From contig JAZLLK010000087.1 of assembly GCA_045598105.1 (NCBI GenBank), positions 11,772-75,771 on the forward strand: a stretch of DNA of 64,000 nucleotides. Direction: 5' to 3'. Below the pieces are notes generated by a model. That model did no database searches, was not told the origin of the DNA, and was given only the letters and a program-made list of their open reading frames with translations. The position numbers were made by a program, and so were the translations under genes. This stretch comes from Bacteroidales bacterium. Its GTDB lineage: Bacteria; Bacteroidota; Bacteroidia; Bacteroidales; WCHB1-69. Below, piece after piece: positions 18,833-28,443 of the stretch (positions are counted from its first letter, which is position 1; each line of letters begins with the position of its first letter).

Positions 18833-19399
18833 ATGGAAGGAAAGCTTATAATATTTTCAGCACCCTCCGGTTCAGGGAAAACTACCATAGTAAAAAAGTT
18901 ATTGGCTATGGGATTGCCTTTGTCGTTTTCTATATCGGCTACCAGCAGAAATATGCGTAGCGGTGAGCAAAACGGAAAAGATTATTATTTTTTTACTCCG
19001 CAGGAGTTTAAACAAAAAATAGAGCAAAACGAATTCTTAGAATGGGAAGAAGTGTATGCCAATCAATATTACGGTACGCTTAAAAGTGAATTGAACAGAA
19101 TATGGAGTCAAAACAGGCATGTAATATTTGATGTGGATGTAAAAGGCGGTATTAATATTAAGAACAAATATCCTCAGCAGGCTTTGTCATTGTTTATTAT
19201 GCCACCATCGTTAGAGGAATTAAATCGCAGGCTTATAGGTCGCGGTTCCGAAACCGAGGAATCACTCAAACGTCGTCTGGATAAGGCCGCATATGAAATA
19301 AGTTTTGCCCCGCAGTTTGATAAAATAATAGAAAACACTGATTTAAACAAAGCTGTACAGGAAACGTACAATGTTATTACAGCGTTTTTACAAAAATAA
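18833..19399 (+). CDS. gmk: Guanylate kinase
   Basis: P-loop SAPSGSGKTT. 188 aa. Confidence 0.93.
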   Translation: MEGKLIIFSAPSGSGKTTIVKKLLAMGLPLSFSISATSRNMRSGEQNGKDYYFFTPQEFKQKIEQNEFLEWEEVYANQYYGTLKSELNRIWSQNRHVIFDVDVKGGINIKNKYPQQALSLFIMPPSLEELNRRLIGRGSETEESLKRRLDKAAYEISFAPQFDKIIENTDLNKAVQETYNVITAFLQK

Positions 19400-19404
19400 G
19401 CAAT

Positions 19405-20136
19405 ATGCCGTTAATAAGTATTATTACCGTAGTATATAACAGTGCGGAATATATAGAAGGAACCTTGCAAAGCATAGCCGAGCAAACGGGTACCGACTAT
19501 GAATATATTATTATAGATGGAGGTTCCACTGATGCTACACTCAGTATTATAAACAAATACAGGAAGTGGGTTACCACATTGGTAAGTGAGCCGGATAAGG
19601 GTTTGTATGATGCCATGAATAAGGGTTTGCGAATAGCCAAAGGCAAATATGTATGGTTTATTAATAGTGGTGACAAGTTATATGATGCTCATACCATACA
19701 AAATGTGGAAGCTTGCTATGCTCAGCATCCTGATACGGATATATTATATGGGCAAACACAGCTGATAGATAAGCATAATAATGTGCTGGGCATGCGTAAA
19801 AAAGCAGCGCCCGAGCATTTAACCGTTAATAGTTTTAAAATGGGTATGATGGTTTGCCATCAATCGGTACTTATTAATAAAGCCATAGTCGAAGAATATG
19901 ATATAAATTACAAGGTAGATGCGGACTATTTATGGGTATTGCAGGCCTTGGAAAAATCAAAAAAGAATGTGTATACCGGCCTTATATTGTCCCGCTATTT
20001 GGAAGATGGATTTTCAGTTAAAAATCGTAAAAAAGCCAATAAGGAGCGATGGAATATAATGTGTGAACATTACGGATATGCGGCCACGGTGTGGGCACAT
20101 GTAAAAATATTGATACGATATATTAAAGAAAAATGA
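19405..20136 (+). CDS. Glycosyltransferase family 2
   Basis: ISIITVVYNSAEYI and IIIDGGSTD motifs. Confidence 0.85.
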   Translation: MPLISIITVVYNSAEYIEGTLQSIAEQTGTDYEYIIIDGGSTDATLSIINKYRKWVTTLVSEPDKGLYDAMNKGLRIAKGKYVWFINSGDKLYDAHTIQNVEACYAQHPDTDILYGQTQLIDKHNNVLGMRKKAAPEHLTVNSFKMGMMVCHQSVLINKAIVEEYDINYKVDADYLWVLQALEKSKKNVYTGLILSRYLEDGFSVKNRKKANKERWNIMCEHYGYAATVWAHVKILIRYIKEK

Positions 20137-20684
20137 AAGCAAAGGTAAAAGTAGTCAAGTGGATATTAAGAACAGCCGGATTTGATATAGATTATAACAT
20201 TCCCGAAGAATCACACAAATGTGTGGTGGTATTTGCTCCTCATACTTCCATGTGGGATTTTGTAGTAGGAAAATTAGCTTTTGTAGGCATGCAGGTGGAT
20301 ATAAAGTTTTTTATAAAGAAGGAAGCTTTTAAGCCTGTGATAGGTTCTATACTTAAAAAATTGGGAGGTATACCCATAGACAGGCAGCATGTGAAAAATT
20401 TGCCTTTACATGTGGGTGAAATGATAAAACAAGCCGATAAGTTATCGGTATTGATAGCTCCTGAAGGCACCAGAAGAAGGGTAAATACCTGGAAAAAAGG
20501 ATTCTATTTTATAGCTCAATATGCACAGGTGCCCATGTGCCTTGGTTATTTGGATTGGAATACCAAAAAAGGCGGTATAGGTAAAGTAATGTATCCTACC
20601 GGCAATTATGAAGAAGATTTAAAGAAAATAGAAGACTTTTATAGAGGTAAGAAAGGTCGGCATGCAGATCAGTTTAACCTATAA
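20133..20684 (+). CDS. PlsC-type acyltransferase (1-acyl-sn-glycerol-3-phosphate acyltransferase family)
   Basis: HX4D motif (HTSMWD) and APEGTR. ATGA overlap with the upstream gene. Confidence 0.7.
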   Translation: MKAKVKVVKWILRTAGFDIDYNIPEESHKCVVVFAPHTSMWDFVVGKLAFVGMQVDIKFFIKKEAFKPVIGSILKKLGGIPIDRQHVKNLPLHVGEMIKQADKLSVLIAPEGTRRRVNTWKKGFYFIAQYAQVPMCLGYLDWNTKKGGIGKVMYPTGNYEEDLKKIEDFYRGKKGRHADQFNL

Positions 20685-20693
20685 GCAGGCGAT

Positions 20694-20951
20694 ATGCTGA
20701 AAAAAGCAATAATTATAGTGGTAAATGGCCTGAGCCGGGCAGCCCGACGGGTAGTATTGCTATTAATACGTTTTTATCAGCTATGTATATCACCATTGTT
20801 CCCTTCTACCTGCCGATATACGCCCACCTGCTCAACTTATGCCATACAGGCTGTACAGAAATATGGTGTAATTAAAGGTGGGTGGAAAGCCTTGAAACGC
20901 ATACTCTCTTGCCGTCCCGGTGGGGGAAGCGGTTATGATCCGCTAGTATAA
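20694..20951 (+). CDS. yidD: Membrane protein insertion efficiency factor YidD
   Basis: [14 protein letters not shown] signature. Confidence 0.9.
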   Translation: MLKKAIIIVVNGLSRAARRVVLLLIRFYQLCISPLFPSTCRYTPTCSTYAIQAVQKYGVIKGGWKALKRILSCRPGGGSGYDPLV

Positions 20952-21026
20952 ATATTTAATTATAAGCAATTTAAAAAAAATTTTTAAAAAAAACACAAAA
21001 CCATGGTTTTGTATTAAAAAAAGTTG

Positions 21027-21034
21027 TAATTTTG
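21027..21034 (+). promoter_or_regulatory. -7 box TAatTTTG (tRNA-Asp)
   Basis: 13 nt upstream of the mature tRNA 5' end. Confidence 0.55.
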
Positions 21035-21046
21035 CAGTTCGAAAAT

Positions 21047-21121
21047 GGTGCGGTAGTTCAGTTTGGTTAGAATACATGCCTGTCACGCATGGGGTCGCGA
21101 GTTCGAGCCTCGTCCGCACCG
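21047..21121 (+). tRNA. tRNA-Asp (anticodon GTC)
   Basis: Folded by hand: acceptor GGTGCGG/CCGCACC, anticodon stem CATGC/GCATG with loop CTGTCAC, T-arm GCGAG-TTCGAGC-CTCGT. No CCA is encoded. Confidence 0.93.
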
Positions 21122-21122
21122 C

Positions 21123-21151
21123 AAAAAGGGTAGCGTAAGTTACCCTTTTTC
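21123..21151 (+). terminator. Terminator hairpin after tRNA-Asp
   Basis: AAAGGGTA-gcgtaagt-TACCCTTT followed by TTT. Confidence 0.6.
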
Positions 21152-21172
21152 TATTATAGAAAGTATATCATC

Positions 21173-21943
21173 ATGGCAAGCAGAAAAAAATCAAACAGGT
21201 TTTGGATAGTATGCGGAAAAATAATAATGTGGTTTTTTATTATCACCATAGGTATTACTATATTGTACCGTTGGATTAATCCGCCTATTACACCATTAAT
21301 GGTAATGCGTAAAATACAGGATGGTGCTTCCATAGAAAAGCACTGGGTGCCTATAGAAAATATATCTCCTTATATGATGCAGGCTTCCATTGCTTCAGAA
21401 GATAACAGGTTTTTGGGGCATAAGGGCTTTGATTACTCTGCCATACAAAAAGTGATAAATGAAAGAAAAAAAGGAAAAGATAATAGAGGAGGCAGTACCA
21501 TATCACAGCAAACAGCCAAAAATGTGTTTCTTACTCCGCACCGTACCTGGCTTAGAAAGGGCATGGAAGTGTATTTTACGGTATTGATAGAAGCCTTGTG
21601 GAGTAAGGAAAGAATTATGGAGGTGTATTTAAATGTAATAGAAATGGGTAATGGTATATATGGTTGTGAAGTAGCGGCCCATACTTATTTTCATACCTCT
21701 GCAGCCCGGCTTACCAAGCGGCAGGCAGCCCTTATAGTGGCCTGCTATCCGGCTCCCCGAAAAAGGAATCCCGCTCATCCCACTTCATATTTGAATAACA
21801 GAGCATCTCATATTATGTGGCTTATGCCTAAAATGGGAAAAATAGATTTTAGTCCCGAAAGCATAGCACAAGCCCGGGAACGATATAAAAAAGCGGAAGA
21901 AAAGCGTATAGCCAAAAACGACGGTAAAGTGCTCAAGTTTTAA
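21173..21943 (+). CDS. mtgA: Monofunctional biosynthetic peptidoglycan transglycosylase
   Basis: GT51 motifs ASEDNRFLGHKGFD and GGSTISQQTAKN. Confidence 0.9.
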   Translation: MASRKKSNRFWIVCGKIIMWFFIITIGITILYRWINPPITPLMVMRKIQDGASIEKHWVPIENISPYMMQASIASEDNRFLGHKGFDYSAIQKVINERKKGKDNRGGSTISQQTAKNVFLTPHRTWLRKGMEVYFTVLIEALWSKERIMEVYLNVIEMGNGIYGCEVAAHTYFHTSAARLTKRQAALIVACYPAPRKRNPAHPTSYLNNRASHIMWLMPKMGKIDFSPESIAQARERYKKAEEKRIAKNDGKVLKF

Positions 21944-22024
21944 CCATGGGTCTAAAAATGGAAAAAGGTGCTTGGGAGGCACCTCTTTCACGATTTTTGA
22001 AACAATAATGATGGTATATTTTTC

Positions 22025-23344
22025 TTATTTAATAGCTTTTTTCTGCATATTTTCTTCTGTTTTATTCAAGTCAATACACATTATATAGTTTAAGGAACTG
22101 CAATATAAATATCCTGTCTGCTCATCTAAGGCTAAAGGTGCCATGATTCTTTTGCATGGTCCCGCATCCCGCCACAGTTCTTTGCCGGTATACATGTCTA
22201 AGCAGGTTAAACCATTGAAATAAACGCCATTTTTACTATCTGAACCTGCTATATAGATATGGTGATTGTATGCAATAATAGAACCTCTTCCATCGTGACG
22301 ATCAAGCAATTGATCATTTTTCCATAATTCTTCTCCTGTGTGAGCATCTATACAATACACATTACCTACATGTGAGCGGGCATATATTCTGTCATGATAT
22401 AATATTATACGATTTAAGGCTAATGATTCCGATGTACGACCGGAACCATTAGGATTGAAATGAGTATAATATGTTTTTCCCCATATAAGCTCACCCGTGT
22501 AAGCATTTAAGCAATGTACTCCTATAAGGGTTTGAATAATTATTTTGTCGTTTTCGTATAGTATGGGGGGGGCTATTTCCCCACAGGCATCTTTGTCATT
22601 GGTGAAATTTTGGTTTTTCCACACCATTTCCTTTTTGCTTGCATTGTAGCAGCATGCCCATACTCTTCCTTCATATACATCGGGTGCCCAGTCGCCTATG
22701 GTATAGTATAATAATGTATCGCCATTGGCATTGATATAGGCAGCGGGAGGATTCATGCCCAGCATGGTAAATTCATCGTTTTCATACTTATGATTGATTA
22801 TACTTGTAACCCGGCCGGTAGTGGCCTCTATTTTTGACATGGTTTGCAAGGTTTTTGACTTTTCAACCGTAGCATATAAATTTGTAAAATTAACAGAAGT
22901 TTCATAGCCAACTTGTAATTCCCTGTCCCATAATTTTTTACCACTGACTATGTCAAATGCAAATACCCTGTAGCAACTATTGACTATGAGAATATTGTTA
23001 TTTACACCGGCCAAATGCTCATCCTGTAGCGTAATATCCTCATTTATTTGCGTGCCGAATTCTTTTTGCCAGGCAGGGTGATTTTTGCCCGTGAGTTTAT
23101 CATACACTCCTATACCGGGAGGAATGGTGTTATCAGGATTGTTTGAATTGGTAAAAATAACGTATTTATCGGTTAATAAGGGAATACCCATGTATTCACC
23201 CATGGTGTCACTATGAATAGGGCGTATCCATATTATTTCCATATCGGTGGGAGCAAAAAAAGGTTCCTTATCAGGAGTAGCGGGCTTGTTATTGTGTTTG
23301 CACCCGCACACGGATGCAAACACAATAATACAAAACCACAACAT
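22025..23344 (-). CDS. PQQ/BamB-like beta-propeller lipoprotein
   Basis: Recurrent G-x-x-L-W blade motifs (GKKLWDRE, GELIWGKT, GEELWKND, GKELWRDA). Lipoprotein-type signal MLWFCIIVFASVCGC. The ATG at 23344 is preferred over the ORF-track start at 23407, which overlaps the upstream gene. Confidence 0.6.
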   Translation of the reverse strand: MLWFCIIVFASVCGCKHNNKPATPDKEPFFAPTDMEIIWIRPIHSDTMGEYMGIPLLTDKYVIFTNSNNPDNTIPPGIGVYDKLTGKNHPAWQKEFGTQINEDITLQDEHLAGVNNNILIVNSCYRVFAFDIVSGKKLWDRELQVGYETSVNFTNLYATVEKSKTLQTMSKIEATTGRVTSIINHKYENDEFTMLGMNPPAAYINANGDTLLYYTIGDWAPDVYEGRVWACCYNASKKEMVWKNQNFTNDKDACGEIAPPILYENDKIIIQTLIGVHCLNAYTGELIWGKTYYTHFNPNGSGRTSESLALNRIILYHDRIYARSHVGNVYCIDAHTGEELWKNDQLLDRHDGRGSIIAYNHHIYIAGSDSKNGVYFNGLTCLDMYTGKELWRDAGPCKRIMAPLALDEQTGYLYCSSLNYIMCIDLNKTEENMQKKAIK

Positions 23345-23366
23345 CAGGTAGTTAGTAGAATGTTTT

Positions 23367-24929
23367 TTATTTAAGATTTGTTTTGAAAAAAGTTCCATAT
23401 TTACCATTAAAAATATCTGTTAAGCAATTTTTTATGCCTCCGTCATTACGCATTTGCATGTGGGAGGTACCTTTATTAGGATTTTTAGGATTACGGGCAT
23501 CGTTATATTCAACTTTTATGGGAGCTCTTGACATAGCCGGTAAATTGCCGGCGCTTTCGGCAAGTACTACGCCATCATTTTCTTTATGGGTCCATCTTAT
23601 GGTAATAGAGGTAATGGGGGTAATATTATCACAATTTTTAATTATACAGTCTTCTTTATTATTGACCAGATGTTGAATTTTCAGGAAACTTCCATTTTCA
23701 TCGGCACAGTAGCAGAGATATTTAGTATTGGTGTCTATATGAGGGGTATAGGCACCTATAATGGCTTCCCATTCGGCATCGGAGTTATGAAACCAATCTA
23801 CACCGGCTTTCCATTTAGCAGCTTTATCCAAGTATATGGATGCAATAAGGTCGGTAATATTGCCTATAACGGGAAATACATTAAAAATATCACATATTTC
23901 AGCTTTGCTAATATTTATATTATATTTGATTCTATATTGCGTATATACGGTGTTGAATATCTCAGTAAACAAACTCCAGTCGTCATTGGCTTCAAAGTAA
24001 TAAGAATTATTAGGTTCGTTTATCATCCAATTGGCGGTCCGCCAAAAGATGAATTCGGAGGGTTCCAGACCATAAACGGCTAATTTAGGCATATTACAAT
24101 AGTCCGAACTTATGGTGTCATTATTCAGGACGTCTATCCAAGGGGCGTTTACCATATAAAAATTAGTAATACTGTCAAAATAGGCTCCGCAAAGCATGGG
24201 GAGAAGAGTATTGGATATTAAATTACAGGTTTTTTGAGGAAACTGGACACCTAAAATGTCAAAGATGATTTTACCCAGTATATTGCTATTGGGCCCTTTC
24301 ATAAGTTGACGGCAGGCATCGTTTGCCATACTCAAAATATCATTTCTGTTATTAAGAATGTAGGTGCCTTGTAAAGGAGCGCCTAAAGTAATCATACCTC
24401 CATATCCTTTGCCATTACTGGGAACATAGTAAGGTTCTTCTACTGAATTAAGGTGTTCCAGAGTTCTTAATATTAGTCCGCCCTGGCTGTGTCCTATAAG
24501 TATAGCGGAAGCTGGGTTCATATCAAATAGTCGGCTGTCCAGATCTGCCTGATAATGTATTTGGTTTCTAACATCACGGGCTGCCTGTGACAAACTGCCG
24601 GTACTATTAGTATAATCCACTCGGGTACTAGCGCACTTTCTGGCCGGAAAACCGGGAATATTTAAGCTTTTGTCTTCGCAAGCTTCAGCTATTCTTTGTA
24701 ATGATTTGGCAGAGCCAGACAGCCCATGAACAAAATACAATCGACGAATGGAAGAAACGTCTATTTCATTTTGAGGAGAATTATTAAGGGATATAATAGA
24801 GTCAAAATGAGTGGGAATGAGAGTATGGCATGGAGAAGACTGAATGTATATGGATTCTTCTTCAGGAAATTGACTATATGCCGATATACTAATGAAAATC
24901 AGGCTGATAACAAAAAATATACGTTTCAT
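23367..24929 (-). CDS. Secreted alpha/beta-hydrolase, lipase-like
   Basis: Signal peptide MKRIFFVISLIFISISAYSQ, an oxyanion-type FVHGLSGS, and the nucleophile elbow GHSQGG (about 24481-24497). The ATG at 24929 is preferred. Confidence 0.65.
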   Translation of the reverse strand: MKRIFFVISLIFISISAYSQFPEEESIYIQSSPCHTLIPTHFDSIISLNNSPQNEIDVSSIRRLYFVHGLSGSAKSLQRIAEACEDKSLNIPGFPARKCASTRVDYTNSTGSLSQAARDVRNQIHYQADLDSRLFDMNPASAILIGHSQGGLILRTLEHLNSVEEPYYVPSNGKGYGGMITLGAPLQGTYILNNRNDILSMANDACRQLMKGPNSNILGKIIFDILGVQFPQKTCNLISNTLLPMLCGAYFDSITNFYMVNAPWIDVLNNDTISSDYCNMPKLAVYGLEPSEFIFWRTANWMINEPNNSYYFEANDDWSLFTEIFNTVYTQYRIKYNINISKAEICDIFNVFPVIGNITDLIASIYLDKAAKWKAGVDWFHNSDAEWEAIIGAYTPHIDTNTKYLCYCADENGSFLKIQHLVNNKEDCIIKNCDNITPITSITIRWTHKENDGVVLAESAGNLPAMSRAPIKVEYNDARNPKNPNKGTSHMQMRNDGGIKNCLTDIFNGKYGTFFKTNLK

Positions 24930-24942
24930 GGTGATTAAGTTT

Positions 24943-26028
24943 TTAGTAATTGTTTTTAATGAATTTCTTTTGTACTGTGGTATTGTTTTCACTACATTTA
25001 ATAATGTAGAGGCCTTGTGGTAATGAAGAAATATCTACGCTGAATGAGGAGCGGTCTTCATTTTTTTGTGATAGCACACACTGACCTACACTATTGTATA
25101 TGCTTACATTTACATTACTCATGTTAAATGGCAGAGTAACGTTTATACAATCATAAGCCGGGTTGGGATATATTTGAAGCAAATGATTGAGTTTTTCCAT
25201 TTCTTTATACTGATATATAGTGGTAGGCTGATCGGTGTTAGGAGTATACACAGTATCGTGTTGAACTATAATTTCATCACCATTAGTAATTTCATATGAA
25301 GAAAAAACCGTTACATCGGTAATTTGGTATCGAATATTACTTTCTGACAATGTGTCATAGTGAATATTGATATCAGCAGTAGGAATAATAATATCAGAAA
25401 CATTAGAAAACAATTGTTGGCGTACCCAGCAGAGGGCATCCTGAGCGTAATAGCGGGTTTCATATATAAGATTACGGAAGTCTATTTTTACTTCATAATA
25501 CCCGTTAGAAGCAATAAGAAAGTTTTCATTAAGCTCAATGGTAAATCCGTTTTCATTTAAAGTGCAGTAAAATACATCAAAGAATGGTGATTCCGTGCTA
25601 AACAAATAGTTGTAAGTACCATAATGTTGCGTTTGTATTTCCGAAAGGGTAAATTTGGCAGAATCTTCTTCTCCCCATGACTCATGACAAATAAGACCGC
25701 TATCTATACTATATATATAAACGCCGTGGGCATTAGAAACGGTTTTATCTATCATATCCAGCATAATGCGATTGCATCTTTGGTATGGGATATTGTATTT
25801 TGTAATAGAGAGTTGGAAGTTTTCATCTATGGATTTTACAATGTATTCTCCATAGTTGTGTGGAGTTAAAGAAATAAGGTCTATTTTGGACAAACTGTTA
25901 ATGTTTGTACCAAAGGGAATAGCAAAAGAAGTCTCAGTCCAAGTGGAACATCTGACTTCTCTTTGACTTTGGCCGTAGCTGAAAGCAAGGCCGAAAATGG
26001 TGAATGTAATAATAATAAAATTTTTCAT
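24943..26028 (-). CDS. T9SS C-terminal-sorting-domain protein of unknown function
   Basis: Signal peptide plus a C-terminal LQIYPNPAYDCINVTL...GLYIIKC Por_Secre_tail-type domain. Confidence 0.7.
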   Translation of the reverse strand: MKNFIIITFTIFGLAFSYGQSQREVRCSTWTETSFAIPFGTNINSLSKIDLISLTPHNYGEYIVKSIDENFQLSITKYNIPYQRCNRIMLDMIDKTVSNAHGVYIYSIDSGLICHESWGEEDSAKFTLSEIQTQHYGTYNYLFSTESPFFDVFYCTLNENGFTIELNENFLIASNGYYEVKIDFRNLIYETRYYAQDALCWVRQQLFSNVSDIIIPTADINIHYDTLSESNIRYQITDVTVFSSYEITNGDEIIVQHDTVYTPNTDQPTTIYQYKEMEKLNHLLQIYPNPAYDCINVTLPFNMSNVNVSIYNSVGQCVLSQKNEDRSSFSVDISSLPQGLYIIKCSENNTTVQKKFIKNNY

Positions 26029-26194
26029 AAGATTTTGTTTTTATAAAGTGTTGACAATAAAAATGTTTTAAAAAATTTGATAGTGGGGAGTACCTTTTAA
26101 AATTCCGTAATAATATATATGTATTTAGTTTACATCAAAACTATATGAGAATGAAGAAAAACAGCATAAAGATATAATGTGCATTTTTCTATGC

Positions 26195-26336
26195 AGGATA
26201 AAAAAAGGAGAACGCACGTAGACATAACCCAAAACACTAAACCTGCTAACAGGCTAACCCCCGGCTTTATGTAAGGCGGGCGGTGTGATAGTGTATGTCT
26301 ACGTGCGTTCTTCATATAAAAAGTTTGATAGTTATA
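26195..26336 (-). ncRNA. Candidate structured small RNA (promoter, 17-bp closing stem, U-tract)
   Basis: Perfect inverted repeat 26209-26225 / 26295-26311 enclosing 69 nt. A minus-strand TAccTTTG box lies at 26343-26350, and CCTTTTTTT follows the stem on the minus strand. The ends are approximate. Confidence 0.3.
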
Positions 26337-26533
26337 CGACTGCAAAGGTAAAACAAAAAAATGAATAAAACGCAAAAAAGCACAAAAAAAGTTATACACG
26401 AAAAGTGTCAGTAAGTTTTTGAAAATCATATTAATTTTGGCATGATTGTTGTAGCATGAATTATAAAGAAGATTTCCCAAATTTTTTGTGCATAAAAAGC
26501 GGCAACAGAGGTGATGCTTTAAATAAAAAGTGT

Positions 26534-26541
26534 TATCTTTG
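26534..26541 (+). promoter_or_regulatory. -7 box TAtcTTTG (uxs operon)
   Basis: 24 nt upstream of the ATG at 26565. Confidence 0.55.
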
Positions 26542-26564
26542 CCAATAATTTTATATATATATTA

Positions 26565-27506
26565 ATGAAGAGAATATTGGTAACCGGTGGAGCTGGTTTT
26601 ATAGGCAGTCATTTGTGTGAGCGTTTGCTTAAAGAGGGCAATGAGGTAATATGTTTGGACAATTATTTTACAGGGGCCAAGCGTAACATTATACATTTAA
26701 TGGATAATCCTTATTTTGAGGTGGTGCGTCATGATGTGTGCACTCCTTATTTTGCCGAGGTGGATGAAATATATAATTTGGCTTGTCCCGCTTCGCCGGT
26801 GCATTATCAGTATAATCCTATTAAAACGGTGAAAACATCGGTAATGGGGGCATTGAATATGCTGGGTTTGGCCAAAAGAGTAAATGCCAAAATACTGCAG
26901 GCAAGTACCAGTGAGGTGTATGGTGATCCTACCATACATCCGCAGGTAGAGTCCTATTGGGGTAATGTAAATCCCATAGGGGAGCGTAGCTGTTATGATG
27001 AAGGTAAGCGGTGTGCCGAAACATTGTTTGTGAACTATTACAAGCAGAATAATGTGAACATTAAAATAATACGTATATTTAATACTTATGGTCCGCACAT
27101 GCACCCGTGTGACGGCAGAGTGGTAAGTAATTTTATAGTGCAGGCTTTGCAGAATAAGGATATAACCGTGGCCGGTGACGGTATGCAAACACGCAGTTTT
27201 CAGTATGTAGATGACCTTATAGAAGGCATGACCCGTATGATGGATACTTCAAGAGACTTTACCGGTCCGGTAAATATAGGTAATCCGGGTGAGTTTACCA
27301 TATTGGAATTGGCCGAAAAGGTAATAGCACTTACACATTCCGCTTCCAAAATAAAATTTATACCGTTGCCTTCCGATGATCCTATGCAGCGCAAGCCGGA
27401 TATCAGTTTGGCTCAGCAAAAACTGAATAACTGGACGCCTAAAATACAATTGGAAGAGGGCCTGATAAAAACCATAGATTATTTTAAAACCATACTTGAT
27501 ATGTAA
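26565..27506 (+). CDS. UDP-glucuronate decarboxylase (UDP-xylose synthase), extended SDR
   Basis: [10 protein letters not shown] Rossmann motif, catalytic YDEGKR, and overall UXS-like sequence. 313 aa. Confidence 0.85.
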   Translation: MKRILVTGGAGFIGSHLCERLLKEGNEVICLDNYFTGAKRNIIHLMDNPYFEVVRHDVCTPYFAEVDEIYNLACPASPVHYQYNPIKTVKTSVMGALNMLGLAKRVNAKILQASTSEVYGDPTIHPQVESYWGNVNPIGERSCYDEGKRCAETLFVNYYKQNNVNIKIIRIFNTYGPHMHPCDGRVVSNFIVQALQNKDITVAGDGMQTRSFQYVDDLIEGMTRMMDTSRDFTGPVNIGNPGEFTILELAEKVIALTHSASKIKFIPLPSDDPMQRKPDISLAQQKLNNWTPKIQLEEGLIKTIDYFKTILDM

Positions 27507-27508
27507 TT

Positions 27509-28441
27509 ATGGAACAATTTGATATACCTATATTATTTGTAATATTCAATCGTATGGATACGGCCGAAAAAGTATTTGAGGCCATACGTGCGTGCAAGCC
27601 CCAAAAGTTATATGTAGCTGCTGACGGGCCGCGAGAAGGCAGAGAAGGCGAGGCCGAAAAATGTGAGCATGTGCGTAGCCTGACACAAAGGGTAGATTGG
27701 GATTGTGAGGTAAAAACGCTGTTCAGAGAGCATAATTTAGGCTGTGGCAGGGCTGTAAGCGGAGCTATAAGCTGGCTATTTGAAAATGAGGAAATGGGCA
27801 TTATATTAGAAGATGACTGTTTGCCTAATCCTGATTTTTTTCCTTATTGTAAAGAGCTATTGGAAAAATATCGTTATGAAGACAAGGTAAAAATAGTATC
27901 GGGAAACAACTTTCAGGATGGCATAAAAAGAGGTGATGCATCGTATTATTTCTCTGCTTATTCACATATATGGGGATGGGCTTCATGGGCCAGAGCATGG
28001 AAGAATTATGATTTATACCTGGAAAGCTATACCGTGAAGGAATTCATGCAGAATATAAAGCCGTATTTTTCATCATGGAACGAGCGTATGGTGTGGAAGG
28101 ACCGTTTTCAGGTAATGAAAAAGCAAGGTAACAATACTTGGGATTACCAGTGGAATTTTCATATATGGAAGCAAAAAGGATTGTGTATTATACCTAATAC
28201 CAATATGATATCCAATATAGGGTTTGGTGCCGATTCCACTCATACGAGTAATGCAGATGATAAAAATTCCAATATGAAGGCTAATAGCATTATGCCCCTG
28301 GTACATCCTCAGGTAATAGAGCAGAACAGGGAGGCAGATGCCTATTTTAGACAGCATAATAATAAAAAGACCCTGATACAACTGGTGTGGCGTACATTCA
28401 GGCGTATATTTTTGGTGAAACCCACATTCAATAAAGAATAA
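27509..28441 (+). CDS. Putative nucleotide-diphospho-sugar transferase (HlpA-like family)
   Basis: N-terminal IPILFVIFNRMD...LYVAADGPR and EDD motif, as recalled from HlpA-like GT-A proteins. 2-nt gap to uxs. Confidence 0.4.
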   Translation: MEQFDIPILFVIFNRMDTAEKVFEAIRACKPQKLYVAADGPREGREGEAEKCEHVRSLTQRVDWDCEVKTLFREHNLGCGRAVSGAISWLFENEEMGIILEDDCLPNPDFFPYCKELLEKYRYEDKVKIVSGNNFQDGIKRGDASYYFSAYSHIWGWASWARAWKNYDLYLESYTVKEFMQNIKPYFSSWNERMVWKDRFQVMKKQGNNTWDYQWNFHIWKQKGLCIIPNTNMISNIGFGADSTHTSNADDKNSNMKANSIMPLVHPQVIEQNREADAYFRQHNNKKTLIQLVWRTFRRIFLVKPTFNKE

Positions 28442-28443
28442 AT

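Noticed and set aside
26209-26311. The long hairpin, considered as SRP (4.5S) RNA, 6S RNA, a riboswitch or a retron msr/msd.
   Set aside because: There is no GGAA-tetraloop/AGCAGCC helix-8 motif, and the element is too short for 6S. No downstream regulated gene lies on that strand, and no reverse transcriptase gene is nearby.
26130-26480. The full 116-aa minus-strand ORF in the T9SS/uxs spacer.
   Set aside because: Its upstream half runs through the predicted promoter and A/T-rich filler. Only the 61-codon part downstream of the -7 box is kept, as an alternative reading in the sRNA finding.
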